The notes: generated by a model from the sequence alone, not told the origin. Numbered from the stretch's first letter, positions 1 to 9,432 are shown. The stretch is DNA of 32,000 bases from Microcystis aeruginosa NIES-843 (GCF_000010625.1 NC_010296.1:3090001-3122000), one strand, 5' to 3'. Translations and numbers: made by a program.

Positions 1-1192
1 AGGTGGTTTCTTGATAATTCCTATCTAAGATATTGATAACTCCCGCAAATTCTCGATAGTAACCGCGACCAGTATCATAACGGTAATCATCTTCAAAATA
101 GATCGGTTCTTTACTCCCATAGAGAATGATATCTTGCTGGGTTTTTGTTAGTTTCTGCCAAGGGGTTTGAATTTCAAAACCTAAAGCTTGCCCTAAACCG
201 TAGAGGAGAGAAAGATAGTAGGAGTTATCCTTATCTGACCAGGGGGCAATAGCAGAATAAACCGGTTGTTTCGGGTCTGGAATGACTAAATCTGCCGAAA
301 ATTTCCGTAAACTGCCCAATCCGTGACAGTTGGGACAAGCACCATAGGGAGAATTAAAAGAGAATAAACGGGGGGATAATTCCTCCATAACTGCCCCGTG
401 TTCGGGACAGGCAAATTTCTCGGAAAAGACAATTTCTTTGGTAACTTCGGGATTATCTTCGTTATTCTCATCGAGAATTTCCACAATCGCTACACCATCG
501 GAATGCTTTAAACAAGTGGTTAAAGAATCTACTAATCTTTCCTGTAAACCCTCTTTTTTGATCAGGCGATCAATAACAATTTCAAGATCATGAAGATGTT
601 TTTTATCTAACTCGATGCCCTCGGATAATTCTACTACCTTGCCGTCAATCCGCACCCGGGCAAAGCCTTGGGAGGCCAAACTAGAGATTAATTGCTTATG
701 AGTGCCTTTTTTGCCGCGAATTACTGGGGCTAAGATTTGAAAACGGGTTTTCTCGGCCAATTCCATCACTCGATCGCACATTTGATCGATGGTTTGGGGG
801 GCAATATTGCGATCGCAATGGGGACAATGGGGTTCACCGGCACGACCGAACAATAAACGCAAGTAATCGTAAATTTCCGTTACAGTTCCCACACTAGAGC
901 GGGGATTGTGGGAAGTGGATTTTTGGTCGATGGAAATAGCCGGACTTAAACCCTCGATCGCATCCACATCGGGTTTATCTAATTGTCCCAAAAATTGGCG
1001 CGCGTAGGCGCTGAGGGACTCCACATAGCGGCGCTGTCCCTCCGCAAAAATAGTGTCGAAAGCGAGGGAAGATTTGCCCGATCCCGAAACTCCCGTAAAA
1101 ACAATCAACTGATTGCGGGGTAATTCGAGATCAACATTTTTGAGATTGTGTTGTCGGGCGCCACGGATACGGATCGAGTCAGTTTGAGCCAT
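1..1192 (-). CDS. uvrA: Excinuclease ABC subunit A (UvrA), N-terminal ~397 aa; gene continues beyond the left window edge
   Basis: Own translation of the minus strand from ATG at 1192: MAQTDSIRIRGARQHNLKNVDLELPRNQLIVFTGVSGSGKSSLAFDTIFAEGQRRYVESLSAYARQFLGQ... It has the Walker A GVSGSGKS and CPHC / CPNC zinc-finger segments and stays open to position 1. It is missing from the ORF track only because no stop lies in the window. Confidence 0.92.
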   Translation of the reverse strand, partial: MAQTDSIRIRGARQHNLKNVDLELPRNQLIVFTGVSGSGKSSLAFDTIFAEGQRRYVESLSAYARQFLGQLDKPDVDAIEGLSPAISIDQKSTSHNPRSSVGTVTEIYDYLRLLFGRAGEPHCPHCDRNIAPQTIDQMCDRVMELAEKTRFQILAPVIRGKKGTHKQLISSLASQGFARVRIDGKVVELSEGIELDKKHLHDLEIVIDRLIKKEGLQERLVDSLTTCLKHSDGVAIVEILDENNEDNPEVTKEIVFSEKFACPEHGAVMEELSPRLFSFNSPYGACPNCHGLGSLRKFSADLVIPDPKQPVYSAIAPWSDKDNSYYLSLLYGLGQALGFEIQTPWQKLTKTQQDIILYGSKEPIYFEDDYRYDTGRGYYREFAGVINILDRNYQETT

Positions 1193-1280
1193 CGGACGGT
1201 GCCAAGTAGTCCTTAACAATCATAGCTTTGACGAATGGGTTTCAGCTACTAAGTAGGTAGGTGTTAAAAATTGTCAGATA

Positions 1281-1310
1281 CCCCCTTATTAAGGGGGGAT
1301 TAAGGGGGGA
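1281..1310. repeat. G/C-tract palindrome plus tandem TTAAGGGGGG copy in the uvrA-cysE intergenic region
   Basis: CCCCCTTA-T-TAAGGGGG (1281..1297) is followed directly by a second TTAAGGGGGG. Function unknown; it resembles short dispersed cyanobacterial repeats. Confidence 0.5.
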
Positions 1311-1393
1311 TCGAAGGCAAAATCTATCTTCTATTTAATTAAAACCACTTACTTAGAAAACCAGTCTTCTATCATATCAGAAGATTATCGGAG

Positions 1394-2167
1394 TTAAACC
1401 GCCCGTTCGAGAAACTCGCGCATATCTCGTTCGGCCGCAGGGCAACAGCCATGACTCGCTTCTTCTTCTAAATGGGCTAAAACTGGGCAATTAATCCGAT
1501 AATCTGGTTCTTTTGACCGTTCTAGCCGCAATTCGTACACTTGTTTTTCCAGTTGTTCGATGCGGTCCACCAAAGCGCGAATAGCCACCGCTTCCGAGTC
1601 GGGTAAATCACCGTGTTCGAGGGGTTCCACCCGCGTCCCAGCGCGATAGATTAAACGACCGGGTACACCAACAACGGTACAATCGGCGGGAATATCGCGC
1701 AGGACCACAGAACCAGCACCGACGCGAACGTTATTACCCAGATAAATATTACCTAAAACCTTGGCCCCAGCGCCGACGACCACATTTTCCCCTAGAGTCG
1801 GGTGACGTTTACCGCTTTCTTTCCCCGTCCCTCCTAAAGTAACTCCCTGATAGATGAGGGCATAATCACCGACAATGGCCGTTTCTCCGATGACAACTCC
1901 CATGCCATGGTCGATAAAAACACCCTGACCAATTTGGGCGCCGGGGTGAATTTCGATACCAGTCAGAAAACGGGCAAGATGGGAAATTAAACGGGGAATA
2001 AAGGGAATCCCGATCTGATATAGCCAATGGGCGAAGCGATGGCACAGTAAAGCCTGTAATCCAGGATAACAAAACAGTACCTCTAACCAGTTGCGGGCAG
2101 CGGGGTCACGTTCAAAAATGATTTTGAAATCGGCTAGGAGAGTAGATAACACGAGTCTTGATTCCAT
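1394..2167 (-). CDS. cysE: Serine O-acetyltransferase
   Basis: ORF-track entry 1394..2260. I start it at the internal ATG 2167 ([26 protein letters not shown]...) because the 31 upstream codons overlap the tsaB 3' end. Hexapeptide-repeat beta-helix: [26 protein letters not shown]...[22 protein letters not shown]. Confidence 0.85.
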   Translation of the reverse strand: MESRLVLSTLLADFKIIFERDPAARNWLEVLFCYPGLQALLCHRFAHWLYQIGIPFIPRLISHLARFLTGIEIHPGAQIGQGVFIDHGMGVVIGETAIVGDYALIYQGVTLGGTGKESGKRHPTLGENVVVGAGAKVLGNIYLGNNVRVGAGSVVLRDIPADCTVVGVPGRLIYRAGTRVEPLEHGDLPDSEAVAIRALVDRIEQLEKQVYELRLERSKEPDYRINCPVLAHLEEEASHGCCPAAERDMREFLERAV

Positions 2168-2226
2168 ATTGATCGAGCTTATACTAAACCATGTTATCAC
2201 TCCGGTAAATGAGCCGTTCAACTTAA

Positions 2227-2829
2227 TCACATCCCGTAAAATGGGAGCGCCTCCGACCAATGGGGGCGTTTTCCCGTTTGCCAGTCCAAATAGGCTAAAT
2301 CGAGGATATCAGTGGCATTTATGCCTAAAAAACTGGGTGTGGCTAATCTTTGATAGGAAATAGTTAAGTTTTCTAAAGTCTGCTGCCATTGTTCCGGAGT
2401 CATCAGGCTATCAGCTAAATAAACCCGATTACCCCGATAGATGCCCACATACAATTGTCCCCTAGTTGCGGGCATTTCTAGGGCTAGATAGGTATCGAGG
2501 GGGTAAAAATCCCGTTGTAACCAAGCAAAGGCCGCTAAACTGGAGACGGTAAAAATCGGTAGCTGTAATTGTTGTGCTAGGGTTCTACCGGTGACTATAC
2601 CGATGCGGGTACTGGTAAAGCTACCCGGCCCCTTAGCGGTGGCTAGAAAGGCTAAATCTGCCCATTTTTGCGGGGCTAGGAACTGTTTTAGATAGGGGTG
2701 GAATAGGTTCGATAAATCCCTGTCTAAGTCCCAAGTTTGTTGACGGCTATCATCCCTGAAATTAGAGAGGGCCAGTCCTAGTTGGGGACTGCTGGTATGT
2801 AAGGCTAATCCGTAAACAGGGGAAGACAA
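2227..2829 (-). CDS. tsaB: tRNA threonylcarbamoyladenosine (t6A) biosynthesis protein TsaB/YeaZ
   Basis: 200-aa [24 protein letters not shown]... [28 protein letters not shown] matches the TsaB GPGSFTGxRIG motif. Confidence 0.8.
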   Translation of the reverse strand: MSSPVYGLALHTSSPQLGLALSNFRDDSRQQTWDLDRDLSNLFHPYLKQFLAPQKWADLAFLATAKGPGSFTSTRIGIVTGRTLAQQLQLPIFTVSSLAAFAWLQRDFYPLDTYLALEMPATRGQLYVGIYRGNRVYLADSLMTPEQWQQTLENLTISYQRLATPSFLGINATDILDLAYLDWQTGKRPHWSEALPFYGM

Positions 2830-2858
2830 GTCAATCTTTCTGTATTAGTAAGTTTTTA

Positions 2859-2930
2859 TGGGTCGCCTGGGATTCGAACCCAAGACCAATCGGTTAAAAG
2901 CCGAGTGCTCTACCGCTGAGCTAGCGACCC
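2859..2930 (-). tRNA. tRNA-Lys (anticodon UUU)
   Basis: Minus-strand sequence GGGTCGCTAGCTCAGCGGTAGAGCACTCGGCTTTTAACCGATTGGTCTTGGGTTCGAATCCCAGGCGACCCA folds as a cloverleaf. It has a 7-bp acceptor GGGTCGC/GCGACCC, D stem GCTC/GAGC, anticodon loop CTTTTAA and T arm TTGGG-TTCGAAT-CCCAG. CCA is not encoded. Confidence 0.88.
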
Positions 2931-2993
2931 GTTTCGTGTTCTGCACACGATTTATTAACATAACATCTTATCTGGGCTAAGTCAAGGGGTAAT

Positions 2994-3866
2994 TTAAATT
3001 TGATTGACTCGCATTTCCACGATCGCCTCGCGGCTACTCTGGGGTTCTAGGTAGGTCAAATGTTCGCCTGTGTTGAGGGCGTTGCGGGGGGCGCTCCAGG
3101 GTTCGAGACAGATATAATTTTTATCTTTCAGGGTCCAAAAAACTATAGTTGTATAGAGATCGTCGTAACCGAGGATAATTTGACGCTGATGATAGGAATC
3201 ACTAAAACTACTTTGATGGCGCGTAATTTGCGGAAAAGCGGCATCAATTTCTTCGAGATTAAAGTCAAAGTTGCCGGAGTAGGAATGGAGGGTCTTCGTT
3301 CGTTGGTCGAGGTATTGGGAGGAGGGAATATCAAAGGATAATCGGGTTTTATCGGTGACTTGAAAATAGGGATGGAACCCGATAGAAAAGGGCATTCTTT
3401 CGGGAGAAAGATTAATCACTTTTTGGTGAATTTTGAGGCTGTTTCCTTGCAGTTGATAGGTAAAGATTAATTGAAAATCAAAGGGATAGACTTGACGAGT
3501 GGCCGGATTACTGTTTAATTCTAGGGTTAAACTAGCGGCGGTTTCGGTGCTTTGTTTGCTCACTTGCCAGGGTAAATCACGAGCAAATCCGTGTTGTTTG
3601 AGGGTGTAGTTTCGGCCTTGGTGTTGATAGCTATTATCGGGTAAGTTGCCACAGATAGGGAATAAAATCGGGACTCCTCCGCGCACGCTGAGGTTAGGAT
3701 CTTTAAATCTTTCTCTGTCCAGATATAAAATATCTTCTCCGCAAATTTGCCAACGGGTGATGATTCCTCCTCTAGCGGGAACCACTTCCAGATAAGCGTC
3801 AGCTTCTTCATCCTTGAGACAATAGGTAAGATATTGATTTTGGTTTTGAGTGATCGTAAAAGTCAT
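2994..3866 (-). CDS. Aldose 1-epimerase (galactose mutarotase-like) family protein
   Basis: 290-aa ORF with family-typical segments GGVPILFPICGNLP, HGFARDLPWQV and GFHPYF. Confidence 0.75.
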   Translation of the reverse strand: MTFTITQNQNQYLTYCLKDEEADAYLEVVPARGGIITRWQICGEDILYLDRERFKDPNLSVRGGVPILFPICGNLPDNSYQHQGRNYTLKQHGFARDLPWQVSKQSTETAASLTLELNSNPATRQVYPFDFQLIFTYQLQGNSLKIHQKVINLSPERMPFSIGFHPYFQVTDKTRLSFDIPSSQYLDQRTKTLHSYSGNFDFNLEEIDAAFPQITRHQSSFSDSYHQRQIILGYDDLYTTIVFWTLKDKNYICLEPWSAPRNALNTGEHLTYLEPQSSREAIVEMRVNQI

Positions 3867-3932
3867 ATCAGTTATCAGTTATCAGTTATCAGTTATCAGT
3901 TATCAGTTATCAGTTATCAGTTATCAGTTATC
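3867..3932. repeat. STRR-like heptanucleotide tandem array, (ATCAGTT)x9 plus a partial unit
   Basis: Nine perfect ATCAGTT units run from 3867 to 3929, then ATC. The array abuts the ATG (3866, minus strand) of the epimerase gene. Confidence 0.97.
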
Positions 3933-3974
3933 GGTACAGCTGACTAAAAAGCTGATTGCTAACATAGAACGTAG

Positions 3975-3999
3975 GTTGGGTTGAAGCATGAAACCCAAC
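3975..3999. other. Hairpin GTTGGGTT-N9-AACCCAAC (short dispersed-repeat-like palindrome)
   Basis: Perfect 8-bp arms with a 9-nt loop, ~110 nt downstream of the 4111 stop. No T-run follows on the minus strand, so it is not a canonical intrinsic terminator. Confidence 0.4.
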
Positions 4000-4110
4000 A
4001 CCCGCTCATGTTACGCTACCACTAACCCATCCTAACAAATAATTGTGCCTCCCTACTTAGCTTAACCAATGAGGTTTTAGATTCGGCCCTTGTGAATAAG
4101 CTGGGATAGC

Positions 4111-4797
4111 CTAGCTTGAGATGAAAATTTGAGTAAGAAAATAGGCAATGGCGGCACTACCAACGGGTACAGTGAGATTATCTATACCCAGTTTCGAGAA
4201 AGTTTCTAGAATAGTGGCTCCGATCGCTGTCAATAAAGATACTAAAATAATTGGCGGATTAATGCCATTAATAAAAGATAAAATAATCAAGCTGACTAAA
4301 AAGCTGATTACTAACATAGTCAGGGAACCTTCCAGACTTTTGCCACTGCCGAAAATTTTGTAGGGATGTTGACCAAAATTTTGTCCCACTAGGGCTGCTA
4401 ATCCGTCTCCCAAAGCCATAATTAAAATACCCATTGCCGCATATTCGGGGTGAGAAATTGGCCAAAAATAAGCCACGAGAACACCGATACTAACAGCATA
4501 AAAAAAAGTTCCCCAACTGCGGCGACCGACACTATTAAGACTGGGTAAAATGGGGAAAAAATAGGATAGGATAGCGATAGTTGCCGCTAGGATCGCCGCG
4601 ATTATTCCCACCCAAGCGGGGATATTTAACCACCAGGCAAAAAGGATGACGTTTCCTGTGCCAATGTGGACAACTTTGCGGGTAATTTCGCCATCGGTAC
4701 TGAAAAGACTTTTTAATTTTTCAGCGATCAGAATCAGAACAGCTAGGTAACAGGCGACTAAACCGATCGAAAATAGGAGAGAGTGGGATAGTTCCAC
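4111..4797 (-). CDS. Polytopic membrane kinase of the phytol/polyprenol kinase (VTE5/DolK/CdsA-like) family
   Basis: 228-aa, strongly hydrophobic. RKVVHIGTGNVILFAWW and GDGLAALVG segments resemble cyanobacterial phytol kinase; the family call is from memory of the family. Confidence 0.6.
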   Translation of the reverse strand: MELSHSLLFSIGLVACYLAVLILIAEKLKSLFSTDGEITRKVVHIGTGNVILFAWWLNIPAWVGIIAAILAATIAILSYFFPILPSLNSVGRRSWGTFFYAVSIGVLVAYFWPISHPEYAAMGILIMALGDGLAALVGQNFGQHPYKIFGSGKSLEGSLTMLVISFLVSLIILSFINGINPPIILVSLLTAIGATILETFSKLGIDNLTVPVGSAAIAYFLTQIFISS

Positions 4798-4843
4798 GTG
4801 GCAAAAGCGAAAATTGACTATCTATTTAGTTTAGGCGATCGAG

Positions 4844-5083
4844 GTGACATTGATGAAAGGAATTTTTATTGGCTTAATTGAGGGATATCGACGGTTTATT
4901 TCGCCGCTATTTCCCCCTTCCTGTCGTTTTCAACCCACCTGTTCCCAGTATGCCATGGAAGCGATCGATCGCTTTGGTGTGCTGCGGGGTTCTTGGTTGG
5001 CAATTAAGCGCATTCTCCGTTGTCATCCCTTTCACCCCGGAGGTTACGATCCCGTGCCTCCCTGTCACCACAAGCACGATTAA
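4844..5083 (+). CDS. yidD: Membrane protein insertion efficiency factor YidD
   Basis: [55 protein letters not shown] is the YidD signature. The start is either GTG 4844 or ATG 4853. Confidence 0.88.
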   Translation: MTLMKGIFIGLIEGYRRFISPLFPPSCRFQPTCSQYAMEAIDRFGVLRGSWLAIKRILRCHPFHPGGYDPVPPCHHKHD

Positions 5084-5099
5084 AAGCCAAAAACCCTGT

Positions 5100-5858
5100 C
5101 TATTTTCTTTGGGGAAAACGCTCGATATCGGCGATACCATAAAAGATAATCTGTTTATCTTTTAAACGTAGTCGATCGACCCTTAATTGAGTACCATCGA
5201 GAGCAAATTTATCTAAATCCATGAGGTTGTTAACGTGGCTGATTAAAGCCTCTCCTAAAGCTTTCGATCTTTCGTCCCCTTGATAAACCACCTCAACAAA
5301 TTGAATTTTTCGCCGTTCTTCCACAACCACAGCAGTGGTCATTTCTAGAAGAATTGGTTCTTCTTCTCCCAATTTGATGAGACTTTTCAGAGTTAAAGTT
5401 TTATCGTCATTGAGAATTAATTCCGTATTCTGACAGTGAATTGATTTACCTTCGTACTCTAATCTTTGCAGTTTTTCGACAATAAAAGGTGTATTAAAAG
5501 AGGTGGTTAAGTCTTCTTCCGTTAAAACTACCCGCAAAGTGGCCCGCGTCGGTTGACGGAGTTTCACCTGTCCGGTAAAAATGGCACTAAAATCGATCGC
5601 CACCGCTTGCACATACAATTCCATGGCTTCGATGCGTAGGCCATTGTACATGAGCATCGACTGACCGATAAAGTCAAAACCGTCGATACTGCCTTGCAGT
5701 AATTTGGCCACGGGTTCGGCGCGGACAGTCGCTTTCAGCTTGCCTGTCCGTTTGAATAATGCAGCGATCGCAGCACTCACCGCCTTACTGATGAGTTGAT
5801 CGCCGCTCTGATTGGGAAAAGGTAAGCTACCAAACACGCCTGCTGTCATATCTCTCAT
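5100..5858 (-). CDS. DUF2993 (LmeA-like) family protein
   Basis: ORF-track entry 5100..5960. Its first 34 codons read into the MITE terminal repeat at 5941, so I take the start at ATG 5858 (MRDMTAGVFGSLPFP...). LLQGSIDGF, VAIDFS and the ...FYGIADIERFP end resemble cyanobacterial DUF2993 proteins. Confidence 0.65.
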   Translation of the reverse strand: MRDMTAGVFGSLPFPNQSGDQLISKAVSAAIAALFKRTGKLKATVRAEPVAKLLQGSIDGFDFIGQSMLMYNGLRIEAMELYVQAVAIDFSAIFTGQVKLRQPTRATLRVVLTEEDLTTSFNTPFIVEKLQRLEYEGKSIHCQNTELILNDDKTLTLKSLIKLGEEEPILLEMTTAVVVEERRKIQFVEVVYQGDERSKALGEALISHVNNLMDLDKFALDGTQLRVDRLRLKDKQIIFYGIADIERFPQRK

Positions 5859-5940
5859 AAGTGGGACTACAACGATCTTAACATTATTTAAAGTTTCTTT
5901 ACATCTCGTTTTATTAATGAGAATGATAAGCAATCTGTAT

Positions 5941-6220
5941 CCCACATTCCGCACCCTCAACTGTCACATTGAAAATTTTATCTAAATCGTCAAAACGATT
6001 GCCGGCTCTGAATTACAGGCTAATTTGTTTGCCCAGCAGACGCACAATTAGCCCTAAAAATCTGATAGCTCTGATACCAAATTATTGAGATCAACTCTCA
6101 TTAAGCTGGCGATCGCTGACTAGAGTGTGACACTTCATAATTCTTAGTAATCGCTAAAAGTCTTACTATACAAGGGCTAGAGCAACTTTTGATTTCAACG
6201 ACTAGGGTGCGGAATGTGGG
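5941..6220 (+). mobile_element. 280-bp MITE with IS1-type terminal inverted repeats (copy 1)
   Basis: Perfect 17-bp TIRs CCCACATTCCGCACCCT / AGGGTGCGGAATGTGGG and no ORF. A near-identical inverted copy lies at 10548..10827. Confidence 0.88.
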
Positions 6221-6403
6221 AAACAAGAGAAACGTGCGGGGAATTTTCATAAGATATTAGAGAAAACGGGTTAACTGTACCTGATAGAGTTCTTTTTTTG
6301 TGACCGCGACTGGTAATGCTCTAGACCTGTGGACTGCATTTCTGCAAGGTAGTCGTCTACTCATTATGACTTGTCTTATCCACAGACTCAGAATACTACC
6401 CCT

Positions 6404-6964
6404 TTATTGCCCCAGCACGTTAACAGCATCCCCGATCTGTTCATCGCTGACCTCTAGGTATCTTTGCAGGACTTCCAGACTACTGTGACCACTTATTTTT
6501 TGGATCACCCGGAGCGGCACACCCCGGTTGCTCATCATGGTCAAAGCCGACCTACGGAAGCTGTGGGTCGAAACTCCTTTGAGTCCCGCCCGTTCGCAAG
6601 CGTTTCTTAGGATCAGGTCGGCACTTGATCGATGCAGGTGTCCTTTTTCCCTCGCGTTGTGGAAGGAAGGAAAAAGGTAACTATCGGGTTGAAATTCTTG
6701 CAGGTAAAGGTCGAGGATTTTCCGCAGGGCAGGATTGACGGGGATAGAACGGGTTCCCTTCTTGCCTTTGGTGGTGGACTTCCTGAAGGTGATCGCCGTC
6801 CCCACATCGTTGACGGTCAACTGCAGCGCCTCCGATATCCTGCAGCTGGTATGGAAACAGATGCCAAACAGACATCTATCCCGATCGTTATCGAACCCAG
6901 CGAACAGACGATCTAGTTCGGCTTGAGAGAGGATTTTGGCTTGTCCGTTACCGTTAACTTTCAC
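6404..6964 (-). CDS. Tyrosine recombinase/integrase, catalytic domain only (186 aa)
   Basis: Candidate R-K-HxxR-H-Y catalytic set: CRISEA, HSFRRSALT, GHSSLEVLQRYL. GTG start at 6964. There is no room for an N-terminal core-binding domain. Confidence 0.8.
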   Translation of the reverse strand: MKVNGNGQAKILSQAELDRLFAGFDNDRDRCLFGICFHTSCRISEALQLTVNDVGTAITFRKSTTKGKKGTRSIPVNPALRKILDLYLQEFQPDSYLFPSFHNAREKGHLHRSSADLILRNACERAGLKGVSTHSFRRSALTMMSNRGVPLRVIQKISGHSSLEVLQRYLEVSDEQIGDAVNVLGQ

Positions 6965-7245
6965 GATACTTCTGTTCTACTCGACAATACTGCACTTTTG
7001 TGGAAGCCTTGGAAGCTTTTCGGACAGCGATGTCTTTCCGTTTCTTTGAGTGGCTGACCGAGAATCGGGATGTGTTTGCCGCTTACAAAGCCAGTTTAGG
7101 CTTTGTTTGGGCTTGAAATTTGTTTAAGTCCCAGTAGGCCTGCATGAAAATTTCGGTGAGCCTGTCTAGCACTGTGTAGAATCGGGAAAACTTGTTGGGC
7201 AAACTGCCGATTAGCTTTCAAGTGAGAGGTTTCTAAGGCTTTTAA

Positions 7246-7444
7246 CCCACATTCCGCACCCTCAACTGTCACATAATACCAAATTTCTAAATCCATGACA
7301 GACATCCACGCTCGAATGCTTGCCAAGCCGGTGTTCGTTGTGACGCGAATAAAGAAAAATGGTGTAAGCTGTCCCCCTCCAGAGACTTGAGTAAAAATAC
7401 CTAGCTGGTGAAGGTTTTCTCGGTGGCCGCTAGGGGGGTCTTGA
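7246..7444 (+). mobile_element. Left part of a related IS1-TIR element/MITE, truncated by IS1380 copy 1
   Basis: 7246..7274 (CCCACATTCCGCACCCTCAACTGTCACAT) is identical to 5941..5969. The interior diverges and no right TIR appears before the IS end at 7445. Confidence 0.55.
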
Positions 7445-9432
7445 CCCGCATTTCTCACAAACTGAATTAAGAACCTAATTTGGAGGTTAAAAGTTGGTGT
7501 TTTTCAAAAATAAGAGAAACCCGCTTAGTTATCAAGGAATAATCTGACTAAACTAATCAAAAAATTCCTGAATTACTGGAAAAATTCCGTCAATTAGGGA
7601 AAATGTTCACGACAAAGTTAGCTGAATTTATAAGCAGCCATTTTTAAGACTATTTAATGATCTTTGAAAACTCTTCAACTTATCCAGTTCCCGCTATCGC
7701 TTGAATTCTAGAGTAAGCTATCGCTAAAATATCTTGATAGGGACAAGAACTGGCAATTGCGATTAAAATTCTTCTGACACTAACAGTAATTCTAGCTCCT
7801 AATTTAAGGAAATTAAGGCGAATTGTTCCCACTGTCGCTTTGGCAAAAGAAGTTTTAGCCAAACAATTTTGACGAAAAGCTTGCATTAAAACATAAGCCA
7901 TTGATGACAACCAAAGTCTTAATTGATTACTCTCAAATGTCTGTGTCGAATTCCGGTCAGCAAATAAGTCTAATTGTTGCTCTTTAATTCGATTTGACCT
8001 CTCACCTCTGGGGCAATATTTTTCAGTGTAAAGTTTAGATGGGGGAATCTTTGATGCAGGTAAAGAAGTCACAACGTGGCGAATTTTTACGCCCTCACTA
8101 CCAGGACAAACTTTTGTCACCACTCTTCTTGAACGGCTCCAGGATTTTTGGGTTTGATAACATAGGGAACGATACCAAGTCGATTCTGGTACCAATTTCG
8201 CCAATTCTCCTAACTCTTCATCGGGAGAAAATAACGTCTCCATTAATTCAGTAACTGGCTGAAGTCTTTGCTCGTAATCTGCCTTAGCTTTCTCAATTAC
8301 ATCGGTCGCTCGTAATTTTAATTGACTATTCGTTGCCATTGCTAAAACATAATCAACTCCTGCTTGACTTTCGCAAAATTTCATGATATCTTCACGGGAA
8401 TAGGCACTATCTCCTCGTACTAATATCTGCGTATCTGACCATTTTTCTCGAATTATACCGATTATTCGCTGCAATTCTTCTAATGCTCCCCCAGCAGTAT
8501 CTACATGAGAAGACCGGAGTTTAGCTACTAATAAATGATGCTCACAGAAAATATACAAAGGAGCATAACACACTCCTTTATAATAAGTATTGAAAAACGC
8601 TCCCTCTTGATTTCCATGCACTTGGTCATCGGTGACATCCATGTCTAAAATAATTGGTTTCGGTGGCTTTTTGTAGGATTCTAGAAAGATGTCCACAAAA
8701 GCTTTTTCAATTTCTTTGGGGTTAGGCTCGATTTTATGGTAACGACTGTTCTCTTGATTGATGACTGTTTCCGGACAATATTCTAGTCGATTAATTGTAC
8801 TTTTTCCCGCTAAATTTGCTTGGGCTGAGTCAATAAAATTTAGTTTTTTCAATGCTATTGCTAAAGCTGGAGCATGACGTAATTTATCATGATCATTGAC
8901 ATCCTCATATCCCAAAACTATCCCATAAACTCTTTGTGCGAGTAGTTCATGAACTGAATAATCTAGATAGGATGAATTTCGATAATCTCGAAAACATTCG
9001 GCAAACCGAGCCGTTATTTTTAGCTTTTGGTCTAACTCTGCCATCAAAATAATTCCTGCATCTGAGGTGATTTTTCCTCCCTCAAAATTAGCGATTACTT
9101 GTCTTCCATTGAGGTTTCCAAAATTTAATTGATTGAGTCGAGACTGGTCTGAACTAGGAGTCATAAACTTGACATACTTTAAATAGTTTTAATGATTAAA
9201 TTATAGCAAGCTTTTGACTTCATTCTCTACTTAAAATTGAGACTTTATCAACTAATTAACCTAAAAATACGCATTTTAAATTTGTTCTTTTTTCAAGGTC
9301 TAATTGATGATGAGCTTAAGTTGAATCCTAACAACACACTGTCGTTTTTGCTACAAGGCGATCACCCAGTCAAAACCCAGATTTTGTAAGGCTTCGGGGG
9401 TTGGTGATCGTACTTTTTGTGAGAAATGCGGG
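7445..9432 (-). mobile_element. IS1380-family insertion sequence, copy 1 (1988 bp)
   Basis: 17-bp perfect IRs CCCGCATTTCTCACAAA at both ends. Same length and sequence as the copies at 12816 and 19711. Flanks are ...TCTTGA and TTCTT..., so it has no target-site duplication (TSD) of its own. Confidence 0.92.
7680..9164 (-). CDS. IS1380-family DDE transposase (494 aa)
   Basis: GGKITSDAGIILMAELDQKL, LGYEDVNDHDKLRH, ILDMDVTDDQVHGNQEGAFFNTYYKGVCYAPLYIF and VRGDSAYS are typical of IS1380-family transposases. Identical to the ORFs at 13084 and 19979. Confidence 0.92.
   Translation of the reverse strand: MTPSSDQSRLNQLNFGNLNGRQVIANFEGGKITSDAGIILMAELDQKLKITARFAECFRDYRNSSYLDYSVHELLAQRVYGIVLGYEDVNDHDKLRHAPALAIALKKLNFIDSAQANLAGKSTINRLEYCPETVINQENSRYHKIEPNPKEIEKAFVDIFLESYKKPPKPIILDMDVTDDQVHGNQEGAFFNTYYKGVCYAPLYIFCEHHLLVAKLRSSHVDTAGGALEELQRIIGIIREKWSDTQILVRGDSAYSREDIMKFCESQAGVDYVLAMATNSQLKLRATDVIEKAKADYEQRLQPVTELMETLFSPDEELGELAKLVPESTWYRSLCYQTQKSWSRSRRVVTKVCPGSEGVKIRHVVTSLPASKIPPSKLYTEKYCPRGERSNRIKEQQLDLFADRNSTQTFESNQLRLWLSSMAYVLMQAFRQNCLAKTSFAKATVGTIRLNFLKLGARITVSVRRILIAIASSCPYQDILAIAYSRIQAIAGTG

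Noticed and set aside
1394-1630. About 75-aa C-terminal extension of CysE (coiled-coil-like, ending [19 protein letters not shown]) as a novel domain
   Set aside because: I recall similar tails on other cyanobacterial short-type serine acetyltransferases, so it is probably lineage-typical. This cannot be verified without a search.
3867-3932. Possible CRISPR array
   Set aside because: The units are 7 nt and strictly tandem with no spacers, and there are no cas genes. This is an STRR-type microsatellite.
3747-3947. 66-aa ORF ending in SYQLSVISYQLSVISYQLSVI
   Set aside because: It is merely the translation of the ATCAGTT heptamer array and is antisense to the epimerase gene start.
5859-5960. 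N-terminal extension of the DUF2993-like ORF (MRVRNVGYRLL...)
   Set aside because: The extension is read from the MITE terminal repeat at 5941. An internal ATG at 5858 gives the family-typical N-terminus.
2859-6964. tRNA-Lys plus integrase as the boundary of a classical integrated island
   Set aside because: Four housekeeping-type genes separate the tRNA from the integrase. I found no repeat of the tRNA 3' end downstream, and the integrase lacks the usual N-terminal domain.
7003-7116. Short plus-strand open frame EALEAFRTAMSFRFFEWLTENRDVFAAYKASLGFVWA* as a gene relic
   Set aside because: Only 37 codons with no start, and only a vague resemblance to methyltransferase-like segments. Insufficient evidence to call it.
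7096-7458. 120-aa ORF on the minus strand
   Set aside because: Chimeric. Its start lies in the IS1380 inverted repeat (CCCGCATTTCTC), it runs through the MITE-type terminal repeat at 7246..7274, and it has no recognisable family features.
8039-8254. 71-aa antisense ORF repeated in all three IS1380 copies (also 13994..14209 and 20889..21104)
   Set aside because: It lies fully inside the transposase CDS on the opposite strand. Its recurrence only reflects the identity of the IS copies.
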